NCBI GenBank assembly: GCA_964644565.1
Contig: CAZXWO010000005.1
Span: forward strand, 3,320 to 67,319
DNA from: an uncultured Thermoplasmata archaeon
GTDB taxonomy: Archaea > Thermoplasmatota > Thermoplasmata > UBA10834
Direction of reading: 5' to 3'
DNA: 64,000 nucleotides
The notes below the pieces were generated by a model. That model saw only the letters and a list, made by a program, of their open reading frames with translations, searched no databases and was not told where the DNA came from. The position numbers and the translations under genes are program-made. Below, one piece after another: positions 9,857 to 18,448 of the stretch; positions within the stretch are counted from its first letter, which is position 1; every line of letters begins with the position of its first letter.

Positions 9857-11467
9857 TCACGAGACGCTGACCCTGTGCCTGAGGACCTGTCCCGCCCTCT
9901 CCTTCGTGTGCTCGCCGTGCTCGATGGTCGGCAGCCCGTTGACGAGGACATGCACTATCCCCTCCGGGTACCTATGCGGGTCCTCGAAGGTCGCGGTGTC
10001 CCTTATCCTCCCGGGGTCGAAGACGACCAGGTCAGCGACCATCCCCTTGGCTATCGTGCCACGGTCCGTGAGGCCGATCCTCTCCGCGGGTAGGGAGGTC
10101 ATCTTGCGCACGGCCTCCTCGAGAGGGAACAGCCCGAACTCGATCGAGTACCTCCTTATGGCCCTCGGGAAGGTCCCATAGGAGCGCGGGTGCGTCGGCG
10201 AGTACCCCGTCGGCCCGTAGGGCGCCTCCGACTCCCCGTCCGAGCCTACGGCCGCCAGCGGGTGACTGATGACCCGCTTGACGTCCTCCTCCGACATCTC
10301 GTGGAAGACGGCCCCGACGCCCAACCCTTCGTCCAGGAGGAGGTCCATGGCGAGGTCTGCGGGGTCGACCCCCAGCTCCCCGGCCACTGACTGGACGGAC
10401 CTGTTCTCGAACCTCTTGTTCCCGTCCTTCCTGAACCCCAGCATGACGATGTTCGCCCACCCGTCCTCCGCGACGGTGTTCTCCCAGTCCGTGCCGGGGT
10501 CGGTCAGCTCCTGCTTGATCCTCTCGCGGAGCTGCGGGTCCCTGAGCCTCGAGAGCTCCTCATCCCTACCCCCCTCCCGCACCCAGGGGGGCAGTATGGT
10601 GTCGAGGGACGTCGACGAGGCGGTGTAGGGGTAGACGTCGAAGGCGACGTCGACCCCGGATGCCCTCGCGGCCTCGATCATGGCCAGGGTCTTCCCCACG
10701 AGGCCCCAGTTCCTCTGCCCGCAGGCCTTGTGGTGCGATATCTGGACCCTGCACCCCGACTCCCTCCCTATCGCTATCGCCTCCGCGACCGCCTCCACGA
10801 GGGTCCGCCCCTCGCCCCTTATGTGGCTCGCGTACAGGCCGCCGAGGGCCGCCGCCGTCGTCGCGAGGGAGACCAGCTCCTCCGTGTGTGCGAAGCACCC
10901 GGGGGCGTAGATCAGTCCGGAGGACACCCCGAAGGCCCCCTCCACCATGGAGTCTGCGAGCATCTTGTTCATGGTGGCGAGCTCGTCGCCGGACGGGGAC
11001 CTGTCGCCGGCCCCCATAACGCCGAGCCTGAGCGTGTCGGCACCGACCAGCGACGCCACGTTCACGGAGGTCCTGACGTCCGCCAGCCTCAGCAAGTACT
11101 CGTCGAAGGTGGTCCACGTGACATCGACCCAGAGGTCCCTGCCGCTCGACTCCAGGGCTCTCCTCGCGAGCCCGAGGACGGGAGCGGCCGAGCCCCCGCA
11201 GTTCCCCACGAGCTCAGTCGTGACCCCCTGCCGGACCTTGCTCTCGGCAAGGGGGCAGCTCAGCAGGTGGAGGTCCGAGTGGGTGTGGATGTCGATGAAA
11301 CCCGGGCAGACAACCAGGCCGTCCGCGTCGATGTTCATCGCGCCCCTCCCCTCGGAGGGCTTGTGCAGCCCGGATATCCTGCTGCCGTCGACCGCGACGT
11401 CCATCTTCCTGCCGGGCGCCCCGGTCCCGTCGATGACCGTGCCGTTCTTGATCAGGATATCGTGCAT
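9857..11467 (-). CDS. N-acyl-D-amino-acid deacylase (D-aminoacylase, amidohydrolase superfamily)
   Basis: MHDILIKNGTVIDGTG...PGFIDIHTHSD...HHKA... is typical of D-aminoacylase. Start moved to 11467 because the track start at 11548 lies upstream of the likely TATA (11524-11533). Confidence 0.85.
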   Translation of the reverse strand: MHDILIKNGTVIDGTGAPGRKMDVAVDGSRISGLHKPSEGRGAMNIDADGLVVCPGFIDIHTHSDLHLLSCPLAESKVRQGVTTELVGNCGGSAAPVLGLARRALESSGRDLWVDVTWTTFDEYLLRLADVRTSVNVASLVGADTLRLGVMGAGDRSPSGDELATMNKMLADSMVEGAFGVSSGLIYAPGCFAHTEELVSLATTAAALGGLYASHIRGEGRTLVEAVAEAIAIGRESGCRVQISHHKACGQRNWGLVGKTLAMIEAARASGVDVAFDVYPYTASSTSLDTILPPWVREGGRDEELSRLRDPQLRERIKQELTDPGTDWENTVAEDGWANIVMLGFRKDGNKRFENRSVQSVAGELGVDPADLAMDLLLDEGLGVGAVFHEMSEEDVKRVISHPLAAVGSDGESEAPYGPTGYSPTHPRSYGTFPRAIRRYSIEFGLFPLEEAVRKMTSLPAERIGLTDRGTIAKGMVADLVVFDPGRIRDTATFEDPHRYPEGIVHVLVNGLPTIEHGEHTKERAGQVLRHRVSVS

Positions 11468-11548
11468 CTCGACACCTCCGGGCGGGGGTCGCCAGGCGCT
11501 CCCCCGGGTATCCTGGACGGGGCTCTTAAACGATTCGCCGTCCGGCAA

Positions 11549-11560
11549 AGCCTAATATCC
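11549..11560 (+). promoter_or_regulatory. TATA-like element (AAGCCTAATATC) placing the TSS at about the dapF ATG (leaderless geometry)
   Basis: Only AT-rich patch in the 114-nt divergent intergenic region. Its centre is about 26 nt upstream of ATG 11582. Confidence 0.4.
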
Positions 11561-11581
11561 TCCGCCTCCGTTCCCGGGCCG

Positions 11582-12442
11582 ATGAGGTACGAGTTCCAGT
11601 TCCTGAAGTACCACGGGTGCGGCAACGACTTCATACTGAAGGACGAGACGGCGGGGGCGACCACCCCGGACAGAGACAGGAGCGCCATGGCCAAGCTCCT
11701 GTGGGACAGGAACTTCTGGATCGGCGCAGACGGCGTCCTCTTCGTGGAGCCGGCTCCTGGAGTGGACGGGTCGATGCGCCTGTTCGAGCCGGCCGGGAAC
11801 GAGGCGGACATGTGTGGCAACGGCCTCAGGTGCGTCGCTGCCTTCCTCATGGACAAGCTCAAGAAGGCCGAGGTGGACATCCTCACCGGTGACGGCGTGA
11901 AGCACGTCGTGAGGGAGGGCGACGGCTTCAAGGTCGACATGGGCGTCGTCAGGACCCTCAGGGAGGACCTCGCCGAGTACGTGACGGACGCAGGCCTGCC
12001 CGGGGATTCCATGCTGACGTTCACGGTCGACACAGGGCGGGGTCCCGAGACCGGCTCGGTCGTCGACACGGGGGAGCCCCACATCGTGCTCTTCACAGAC
12101 TCCCTGGACACCGTGCCGCTGGTGAAGGTCGGCGAGAAGGTGAACTCCGACCGGGCACGGTTCCCGAAGGGCGTGAACGTGAACTACGTCGAGGTCACAG
12201 GGGAGCACGACATAAGCATCCGGACCTACGAGCGAGGAGTCTACAACGAGACGATGGCCTGTGGGACGGGCGCGACCGCGTGCGGCTCCGTCGCGGTCAT
12301 GCTGAAGAAGGTGCGGCCGGGGCCGGTCAACGTGAGGGTCCGCGGCGGCATGATGAATATAGAGCTCGGACCGGACGGCAGGGCCGTCATGACCGGTCCG
12401 GCGGTCAGGGTTTTCGAGGGCCGGGTAGAGGTCGAGGTCTGA
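11582..12442 (+). CDS. dapF: Diaminopimelate epimerase
   Basis: FLKYHGCGNDFIL...EADMCGNGLRCVA...GEPH...ETMACGTGATA carries both catalytic Cys motifs. Only the last 286 codons of track ORF 10730..12442 are real. Confidence 0.9.
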   Translation: MRYEFQFLKYHGCGNDFILKDETAGATTPDRDRSAMAKLLWDRNFWIGADGVLFVEPAPGVDGSMRLFEPAGNEADMCGNGLRCVAAFLMDKLKKAEVDILTGDGVKHVVREGDGFKVDMGVVRTLREDLAEYVTDAGLPGDSMLTFTVDTGRGPETGSVVDTGEPHIVLFTDSLDTVPLVKVGEKVNSDRARFPKGVNVNYVEVTGEHDISIRTYERGVYNETMACGTGATACGSVAVMLKKVRPGPVNVRVRGGMMNIELGPDGRAVMTGPAVRVFEGRVEVEV

Positions 12443-12446
12443 CCCC

Positions 12447-13814
12447 TCATCCCGCCTTCATCTTCCTCAGGACGTCCTCCGCCGCTTTGAGGGTCGCGTC
12501 GATGTCCGCGTCAGAGTGCTCCGTGCAGGTGTAGAACGGCTTGTCCGGGTGGAAGTGCATGCCCCTCGCGAGCATGCCGTAGTCGAACTGCTTCCTCAGG
12601 GCCTCGTCGCAGAGGACGGCGTCCCTGTAGTCGCATATCTTGTCGAGGTCGACCTTCTTCTTCCCGTCGAAGAGGATGTTGAAGGTAGTGCCCGGGCCGA
12701 CAGCCCTGGCATCGAAGCCCGACCTCGAGAACAGGTCGTTCAGGCCGTCCTGTAACTTGTCCGTGATCCTCATCAGGTACGGGTACGTCTCCGGCTCCTC
12801 CAGGACCCCGATGGTAGCCCTGCCCGCTGCCAGCACCGTGGGGTGACCGTTGAAGGTCCCACCGTGGAAGACCCTGCTGTCCTTCGGCCGCGTCACCGGG
12901 TTGACGACGTCCATGATCTCCTTCTTCCCGAGGAACGCGCCGCACGGGAAGCCGCCTCCGATGATCTTCCCGAGGCACATGATGTCCGGGGTGACCCCGA
13001 ACATCGTCTGGGCCCCGCCTAGCTTGTCCATGCGGAACCCTGACATGACCTCGTCGAATATCAGGACGATGCCCAGCTCCTCCGTGACCTCCCTGACAGC
13101 CCTGAGGAACTCGATGTCCGCGGGTATGAATCCCCTCTGCACCGGCTCGAGTATGACGGCCGCGAGGTCGTTCTTGTGGGCCTTTATGAGCCTGACGGTG
13201 TCTTCCGCGTCGTTGAACGGGAGCACCTGGACGCTCTGCAGCGTGTACTCGGACGTGCCCAGAGAAGCCGCTACGGCCTGGGGGGCGGCGTCTGGCCCGG
13301 CCGCGTCCGGGGGCGGGGTCAGGCTGACCAGCGCTTCATCGTAGCAGCCGTGGTAGTGCCCCTCGAACTTGGCGATCCTGTTCTTCCTCTTGAAGCCTCT
13401 GGCGACCCTGAGCGCGTGCATCGTGGCCTCAAGGCCGGAGTTGGTGAACCTCACGGTCTCCGCGCACGGGAAGATACGTATCAGCGTCTCCGCCATCCTC
13501 GCCTCCATCTCGTGGGGGGGCCCGAAGATGGGCGTGCCATCGGTCTCCAGCTGCCTCCTGACGGCCTCCGTGACCTTGGGGTGCCCGTGGCCCAGGATCA
13601 TGGGGCCGAAGCACAGCATGTAGTCGATGTACTCGTTGCCGTCGAGGTCCCAGATGTGCGAGCCCTTGGCCTTCTTCGCGTAGACGGGATAGGGGCCGTA
13701 GAACTTCACGTTTCCCGTGACACCGCCGGGGAGGAATCTCTGGGCGTGCTGGAACCACTTCGCGCTCGCTGGCGTCCTCGCCTTGTACTCCGAGATAGGG
13801 TCGTAGGGGGACAT
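12447..13814 (-). CDS. Class III PLP aminotransferase, glutamate-1-semialdehyde-aminomutase-like subgroup
   Basis: LPGGV...DLDGNEYIDYMLCFGPMILGHGHPKV...FTNSGLEATM.ALRVARG...IFDEVMSGFR...GKIIGGG.P follows the HemL-like layout but is 455 aa with an atypical N-terminus. It is the last gene of the thiolase operon. Confidence 0.8.
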   Translation of the reverse strand: MSPYDPISEYKARTPASAKWFQHAQRFLPGGVTGNVKFYGPYPVYAKKAKGSHIWDLDGNEYIDYMLCFGPMILGHGHPKVTEAVRRQLETDGTPIFGPPHEMEARMAETLIRIFPCAETVRFTNSGLEATMHALRVARGFKRKNRIAKFEGHYHGCYDEALVSLTPPPDAAGPDAAPQAVAASLGTSEYTLQSVQVLPFNDAEDTVRLIKAHKNDLAAVILEPVQRGFIPADIEFLRAVREVTEELGIVLIFDEVMSGFRMDKLGGAQTMFGVTPDIMCLGKIIGGGFPCGAFLGKKEIMDVVNPVTRPKDSRVFHGGTFNGHPTVLAAGRATIGVLEEPETYPYLMRITDKLQDGLNDLFSRSGFDARAVGPGTTFNILFDGKKKVDLDKICDYRDAVLCDEALRKQFDYGMLARGMHFHPDKPFYTCTEHSDADIDATLKAAEDVLRKMKAG

Positions 13815-13820
13815 CGTGCA

Positions 13821-14588
13821 TCACCCGAGGTATATCTTCGCCGGGTCGAGGGAGCGGAGCGTCGACAGCTCCTTCTCCGTCGGCGCGGGGGTGGTCTCCA
13901 GCTTGTCGGCGACCTTGAGCTTCCAGGGTGTGTTCTCCTGGACCTTCTCGATGGTCACCCCGGGCTGGAGCGCCACGACGGTCATCTCTCCCGTCGCCTC
14001 GTCGAACTTCATGGTGCACAGGTTGGTGATGACCGCGTACGGCCCCCCTCCCTGCAGCCCGAGCTTCCTCCAGTTCTCCTTCCCGTCGACGAAGCCTGGG
14101 CTGGACTTGAAGTCCACCTTCTCCACGAAGCGCCTCTTCTCGTGGGGCGTTATGACTATGATCTTCTTGACGTTCGACGCGATGTCGCACGCGCCACCGC
14201 TCCCGGGGAGCCTGACCTTCGGGGCCTTGTAGCTCCCTATCACGGTCGAGTTGATGTTCCCGTACTTGTCGATCTGAGCGCCGCCCAGGAAACCGACGTC
14301 TATCCTCGCGCCCTGGAGGTAGTACGCGAACTGCTCGTACATGGAGCACACGCTCTTCGCGCCAGTCACCAGGCACGGGTCCCCTATCGAGAGCGGCATC
14401 CTGCTCGGGTTGGACCCGACCGCGCCGGACTCGTAGACCATGTTCAGGCCCGGGGCCTGGAGCTTCTTCGCCAGGTTCGCCGCCAGGTTAGGTATCCCGA
14501 CGCCCACCAGGACCGTCTCCTTGTCCTTGAGCTCCCTCGCCGCAACTATCACCATCAGCTCGCTCGGTGTAAAGTCCGTCATCGTCAT
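13821..14588 (-). CDS. Family I CoA-transferase, subunit B (glutaconate/3-oxoacid CoA-transferase-like)
   Basis: MTMTDFTPSELMVIVAAREL...GVGIPNL...ESG...GGAQIDKYGNIN...LPGSGGA.D. GGAGG Shine-Dalgarno 8 nt upstream. The track ORF N-terminus (to 14981) overlaps subunit A out of frame. Confidence 0.85.
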   Translation of the reverse strand: MTMTDFTPSELMVIVAARELKDKETVLVGVGIPNLAANLAKKLQAPGLNMVYESGAVGSNPSRMPLSIGDPCLVTGAKSVCSMYEQFAYYLQGARIDVGFLGGAQIDKYGNINSTVIGSYKAPKVRLPGSGGACDIASNVKKIIVITPHEKRRFVEKVDFKSSPGFVDGKENWRKLGLQGGGPYAVITNLCTMKFDEATGEMTVVALQPGVTIEKVQENTPWKLKVADKLETTPAPTEKELSTLRSLDPAKIYLG

Positions 14589-14596
14589 CAGCCTCC

Positions 14597-15514
14597 TCAC
14601 ACGCTCCCGTAGCTCACGGGCGTGCTGTACGCGGTCTTCGGCGCGAGCCTCAGCACTGTGGCCGAGGGCATCTTCTTCATGTACTGGGACCTGTCCTCGA
14701 CCCCGTACACCCACTCGTCCAGGTACTTCATGGTCGTCTCGTGCTCCTTCGTGATGTCGTCCCACTGCATGTAGAACTCGTTGTCCCTGTCGTAGTAGCC
14801 CTGGGTGTAGGACGGGTGCGCGCACCACGGCTCGTGCACGACCGCATGCACTATGAAGTCGGGGATGAGGGTCCTGTTGGGGTCGGACCTTATGACCGAC
14901 TCGTCCACTATCTCCTCGCAGCTTATGATGACCTTCTTGGCAGCGAAGGCGGCATCCTTCTGCTCGCCTATGATCCCCCATATGTGCGAGTTGCCGTTGA
15001 CGTCCGCCCTCTGGACGTGCACGACCGCGACGTCAGGGTTGAGCGGGGGCACCGTCGACACGACCTCGTCGCTGTACGGGCTCTTGACGGTCTTGATCAT
15101 CGGGTTCTCAGGGGGCAGGTCGGAGCCTATGTTTGTCCTCATCGGGAGGAAGGGCATCTTGGTCGCCCCAGCGAACAGCCTGCCAGACAGGCCGAAGTGG
15201 GTGTACTCCTCTATGGTGATCTTGTTCGGGACGCCCTTCTCCAGCGCCCTCCTGAAGCACCTCAGGGAGCCGACGCCTGGGTTCCCGGCGTAGCTGAATA
15301 TGACCTTCTTGGCGCAGCCCGCCGCTATCATCTGGTCGTAGACTATGTCGGGCGTGGCCCTGTACAGCTCCAGGTCCTTCCTCTTCTGCCTGATGATCTC
15401 ATGCCCTGCCGCGAACGGGATCATGTGAGTGAACCCCGCCAGGTAGATGGCGTCCCCGTCCTTCACGAACTTGGACACCGCCTCCTTCATTGTCATCATC
15501 TTGTCCGATGCCAT
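14597..15514 (-). CDS. Family I CoA-transferase, subunit A
   Basis: MTMKEAVSKFVKDGDAIYLAGF...VIFSYAGNPG... resembles GctA/AtoD. Its start lies 2 nt after the DUF35 stop. Confidence 0.85.
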   Translation of the reverse strand: MASDKMMTMKEAVSKFVKDGDAIYLAGFTHMIPFAAGHEIIRQKRKDLELYRATPDIVYDQMIAAGCAKKVIFSYAGNPGVGSLRCFRRALEKGVPNKITIEEYTHFGLSGRLFAGATKMPFLPMRTNIGSDLPPENPMIKTVKSPYSDEVVSTVPPLNPDVAVVHVQRADVNGNSHIWGIIGEQKDAAFAAKKVIISCEEIVDESVIRSDPNRTLIPDFIVHAVVHEPWCAHPSYTQGYYDRDNEFYMQWDDITKEHETTMKYLDEWVYGVEDRSQYMKKMPSATVLRLAPKTAYSTPVSYGSV

Positions 15515-15515
15515 G

Positions 15516-15941
15516 TCACTTCCCCTCCGAATCGGGTGCGAACTTGAACCCGTACCTTATGACACCTTCCTCGGTGTAGATCTTCTTGAGCTCGGCCCTG
15601 ACGGGCATGCCCATCTTGACCTCCTTCGGGCTGACGTCTGTCATCTGGCCTATGACCTTGGGACCTTCCGCGAGCTCGACGATGGCCACGGGGTAGGACC
15701 CTCCGGCCTTCATCTGTTCCGCGAACTCCGGCGGGGCGCCGCCCGCCCCGATCAGGACGAACGTGTGCACCTTGCCCTTGCCGCTGAGCTGGACCTCGTC
15801 GAACTCAGAGGACGCGTTGCAGTACTTGCACACGCCCTTGGGCGGGAAGTTCACGGCGCCGCACTTCTTGCACTTCTGCCCCACCATCTTGTACCTCTGG
15901 GGTATCGTGCGCCAATACATCGGTACCGAAACATGTGCCAT
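15516..15941 (-). CDS. DUF35 OB-fold/zinc-ribbon protein (scaffold of the archaeal thiolase/HMG-CoA synthase complex)
   Basis: GQKCKKCGAVNFPPKGVCKYCN zinc ribbon followed by an OB-fold region. Start set at MAHVSVPMYW (15941), 10 nt after the HMGCS stop. Confidence 0.85.
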   Translation of the reverse strand: MAHVSVPMYWRTIPQRYKMVGQKCKKCGAVNFPPKGVCKYCNASSEFDEVQLSGKGKVHTFVLIGAGGAPPEFAEQMKAGGSYPVAIVELAEGPKVIGQMTDVSPKEVKMGMPVRAELKKIYTEEGVIRYGFKFAPDSEGK

Positions 15942-15951
15942 CCATCTCACC

Positions 15952-16968
15952 TCACTTGAGAGCTCCCTTGAGCTTGACATACTGGATGTAGTCGACGTAC
16001 TCCTTCCTCTCCAGCTGCGCCTTGAAGGTCAGCGCGGGCTTCCTGTCCGAGACGACCTTCAGGCTGATGGCGTCGCTCCCGGCGCCGGAGCCGTACGACA
16101 CGACCATGATCCTGTCGCCGGCTTTTGCCGCGTCCAGCGCCGCGGCGAGGCCCACGGTCGTCGAGGCCGCGCCCAGGTCCCCCAGGTTGACGGATACGAG
16201 CCCTGAGGCCAGCTGCGCATCGTTGAACATCAGTTTCCCAGCCACCGACGCAGGTGTCTTCGCGTCCGGCTGCTGGATGACCACATGGGCATACTCTTCC
16301 GGCTTCGCGCCCAGCTTCTTCATGAGCGCGCTGCAGGCCTTGGTCGTACACGCAGTGAAGGCCGCGGCGAAGAACTTCTTCACGTTAAGGTCCTGGAGCG
16401 ACTCGCCGCCCTGTGGCCTGAACCGCTCTCCGAAGTGCTCCATGACGAAGGACGCGCTCCCCTCGATCTCGGCGATCAAGTCCTCGGAGGAGATGACGAA
16501 CCCCGCGGCGCCGGCGCCCATCGCGTGCTCGAGCGGGTCCCACATGCTCGCCCTCGGTGCGTCAGCGGTGGCGACCACGGCGACGCCGCCCGGGCTTGCC
16601 TTGACGTGCTCGAAGCCGGATATGAGCGCCTCGGTCCCGGCCCTCGTCGAGGTCGTGTGGTCCGATGCGAAGACGGAGCTGGGCATGCCGACGTTGACTA
16701 TGACTGTCCCAGAAAGCATCTTCTCCATGTACGGCGCCGTGGTCGACGCGAGCGCGAACCTGGTGACCTTCGCGGGAGGCAGGGGGACCGACTCCAGTGC
16801 CCTCCTCGAGACCTTCGCGGATGCGGTCAGGACGTCCTCGTCGAAGCCCATGAGGGACTTCTCGCTGACGCCCGGCGCTTGGAAGGACCCCCACGCTTTC
16901 GCGTAGTCCTCCTTCTTTATCCTGAGCCTCGGTACATACGAGCTGTAACCGGATATTCCTGCGGCCAT
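15952..16968 (-). CDS. Hydroxymethylglutaryl-CoA synthase (archaeal type)
   Basis: MAAGISGYSSYVPRLRI...ALASTTAPY...SYGSGAGSDA. Position between thiolase and DUF35. The track ORF 15952..17886 is an out-of-frame upstream extension. Confidence 0.88.
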   Translation of the reverse strand: MAAGISGYSSYVPRLRIKKEDYAKAWGSFQAPGVSEKSLMGFDEDVLTASAKVSRRALESVPLPPAKVTRFALASTTAPYMEKMLSGTVIVNVGMPSSVFASDHTTSTRAGTEALISGFEHVKASPGGVAVVATADAPRASMWDPLEHAMGAGAAGFVISSEDLIAEIEGSASFVMEHFGERFRPQGGESLQDLNVKKFFAAAFTACTTKACSALMKKLGAKPEEYAHVVIQQPDAKTPASVAGKLMFNDAQLASGLVSVNLGDLGAASTTVGLAAALDAAKAGDRIMVVSYGSGAGSDAISLKVVSDRKPALTFKAQLERKEYVDYIQYVKLKGALK

Positions 16969-16973
16969 CCTGT

Positions 16974-18140
16974 TCACCTCACAAGGACCGAGACGGACAC
17001 TGTCCCTCCCGACCCACCTACGTTGTGGACGAGGCCCCTCTCGACCCCCTTGACCTGCCTCGTGGGTTTCTGCGCGGTGCCCCTCAGCTGGTTGAACATC
17101 TCGTAGGCCTGACCGGTCCCGGTGGAGCCGATCGGGTGACCCTTCGACTTGAGCCCACCGCTGACGTTGACGGGCTTGTCCCCGTCGATCTTGGTGTGCC
17201 CCTCCTCCATGAACTGGCCTGCCTTGCCCTTCTCGCAGAAGCCCAGGTCCTCGTAGGCCAGGAGTTCCGCGATGGTGAAGCAGTCGTGAACTTCGGCCAG
17301 CTGGATGTCCTTGGCGGTGAGTCCCGCCATCTTGTAGGCCTGCTGGGAAGCCCTCTTCGTGCCCTCCAGCGTGACCGTGTTGATCCTGTCGTGTATTGCC
17401 AGGTAGTCGCTCGACGTGCCGAAGCCCGCCACATAGACGGGGGTGTCGGTGTAATGCTTCGCGGTCTCCTCGTCGCACACGAGGAGGGCCGACGCGCCGT
17501 CCGTCGTCGAGCAGCAGTCGAACAGGTTGAGCGGATACGCGACGATTGGGGCCTTCATGGCCTGCTCCAGGGTGATCTCCCTCTGGAACTGCGCCTTCGG
17601 GTTCTGTGCGCCGTTCTTGTGGTTCTTGACCGCGACGGACGACAGGTGCTCCCTCTTCGTGCCGAACTCGTGCATGTGCCTGTGGGCGATGAGCGCGTAC
17701 AGGCCCGCGAAGGTCGTGCCCGCGAGCCTCTCGTACTCTGTGTCCCCGGAGACTCCGAGCCAGTACTTCTGCTTCATCCCCGAGACGTCGGTCATCTTCT
17801 CCACGCCGCCGGCGAGGGCCACCTTGTGGGTGCCCGACAGCACGTCCATGACGGCCGCCACCAGCGCGTACCCCCCTGAGGCGCACGCGTTCTCGATCCT
17901 CACGGTGTTGATGTACGGCAGGCCCACATACTCCGCGACCAGCGCGGACATGTTCCCGAGCTGGAACCCCCCGGAGCCGAGGTTGCCTATGTAGGCGGAC
18001 TCGATCTGCCTCGGGTCGAAGTTCTTGTCAACGCTCGAGCTCATGTCTTTGTAGGCCTCGAAGAACAGTTCCTTGATCCCTTTCTCGGGGAACTCGCCGT
18101 ACTTGCTCTGCCCCGCTCCGACTATCGCAACTCTCTTCAT
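16974..18140 (-). CDS. Acetyl-CoA acetyltransferase (archaeal thiolase)
   Basis: [15 protein letters not shown]...ENACASGG...HDCFTIAE...[16 protein letters not shown]...NVGGSG, the thiolase catalytic Cys/His pattern. Confidence 0.9.
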   Translation of the reverse strand: MKRVAIVGAGQSKYGEFPEKGIKELFFEAYKDMSSSVDKNFDPRQIESAYIGNLGSGGFQLGNMSALVAEYVGLPYINTVRIENACASGGYALVAAVMDVLSGTHKVALAGGVEKMTDVSGMKQKYWLGVSGDTEYERLAGTTFAGLYALIAHRHMHEFGTKREHLSSVAVKNHKNGAQNPKAQFQREITLEQAMKAPIVAYPLNLFDCCSTTDGASALLVCDEETAKHYTDTPVYVAGFGTSSDYLAIHDRINTVTLEGTKRASQQAYKMAGLTAKDIQLAEVHDCFTIAELLAYEDLGFCEKGKAGQFMEEGHTKIDGDKPVNVSGGLKSKGHPIGSTGTGQAYEMFNQLRGTAQKPTRQVKGVERGLVHNVGGSGGTVSVSVLVR

Positions 18141-18400
18141 ATCAGGTCCCCCGATTCGCTCCGTGCGGGCGGGCGCGCGCGGTCGTCCAGTGTCATCCTC
18201 CCTGCGCCCGCTCTGCGAGTCTGGGATGGCAATTTTCGGAACACGAATCCGGCTATTTAACCGTTGGTGAACAACACCGGCGCCCGGCAGATTTTTTAGA
18301 CAGCGCCTTACGAATCCGTGTCACCCCCCTCCGCGGCTGTTTCCGTTTTCGTATCCTGGAAACGACTCTCGTAACGGTCCTGGGCACCCATTGGGCAGAT

Positions 18401-18408
18401 GATAAATA
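18401..18408 (+). promoter_or_regulatory. TATA box (GATAAATA) for the aminomutase gene
   Basis: AT-rich octamer about 45 nt upstream of the GTG at 18449 and 50 nt upstream of the ATG at 18455. Confidence 0.4.
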
Positions 18409-18448
18409 CGGAGTCTTTCATGCTGTTAATCTAGCATCTTGCGAGGTA

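Noticed and set aside
18141-18448. Possible ncRNA in the 308-nt thiolase/kamA intergenic region (contains a T6 tract at 18292-97 and several short hairpins).
   Set aside because: It is explained adequately as a divergent promoter region with two TATA-like elements (18250-62 on the minus strand, 18401-08 on the plus strand). I found no long or perfect helices comparable to the two candidate RNA regions.
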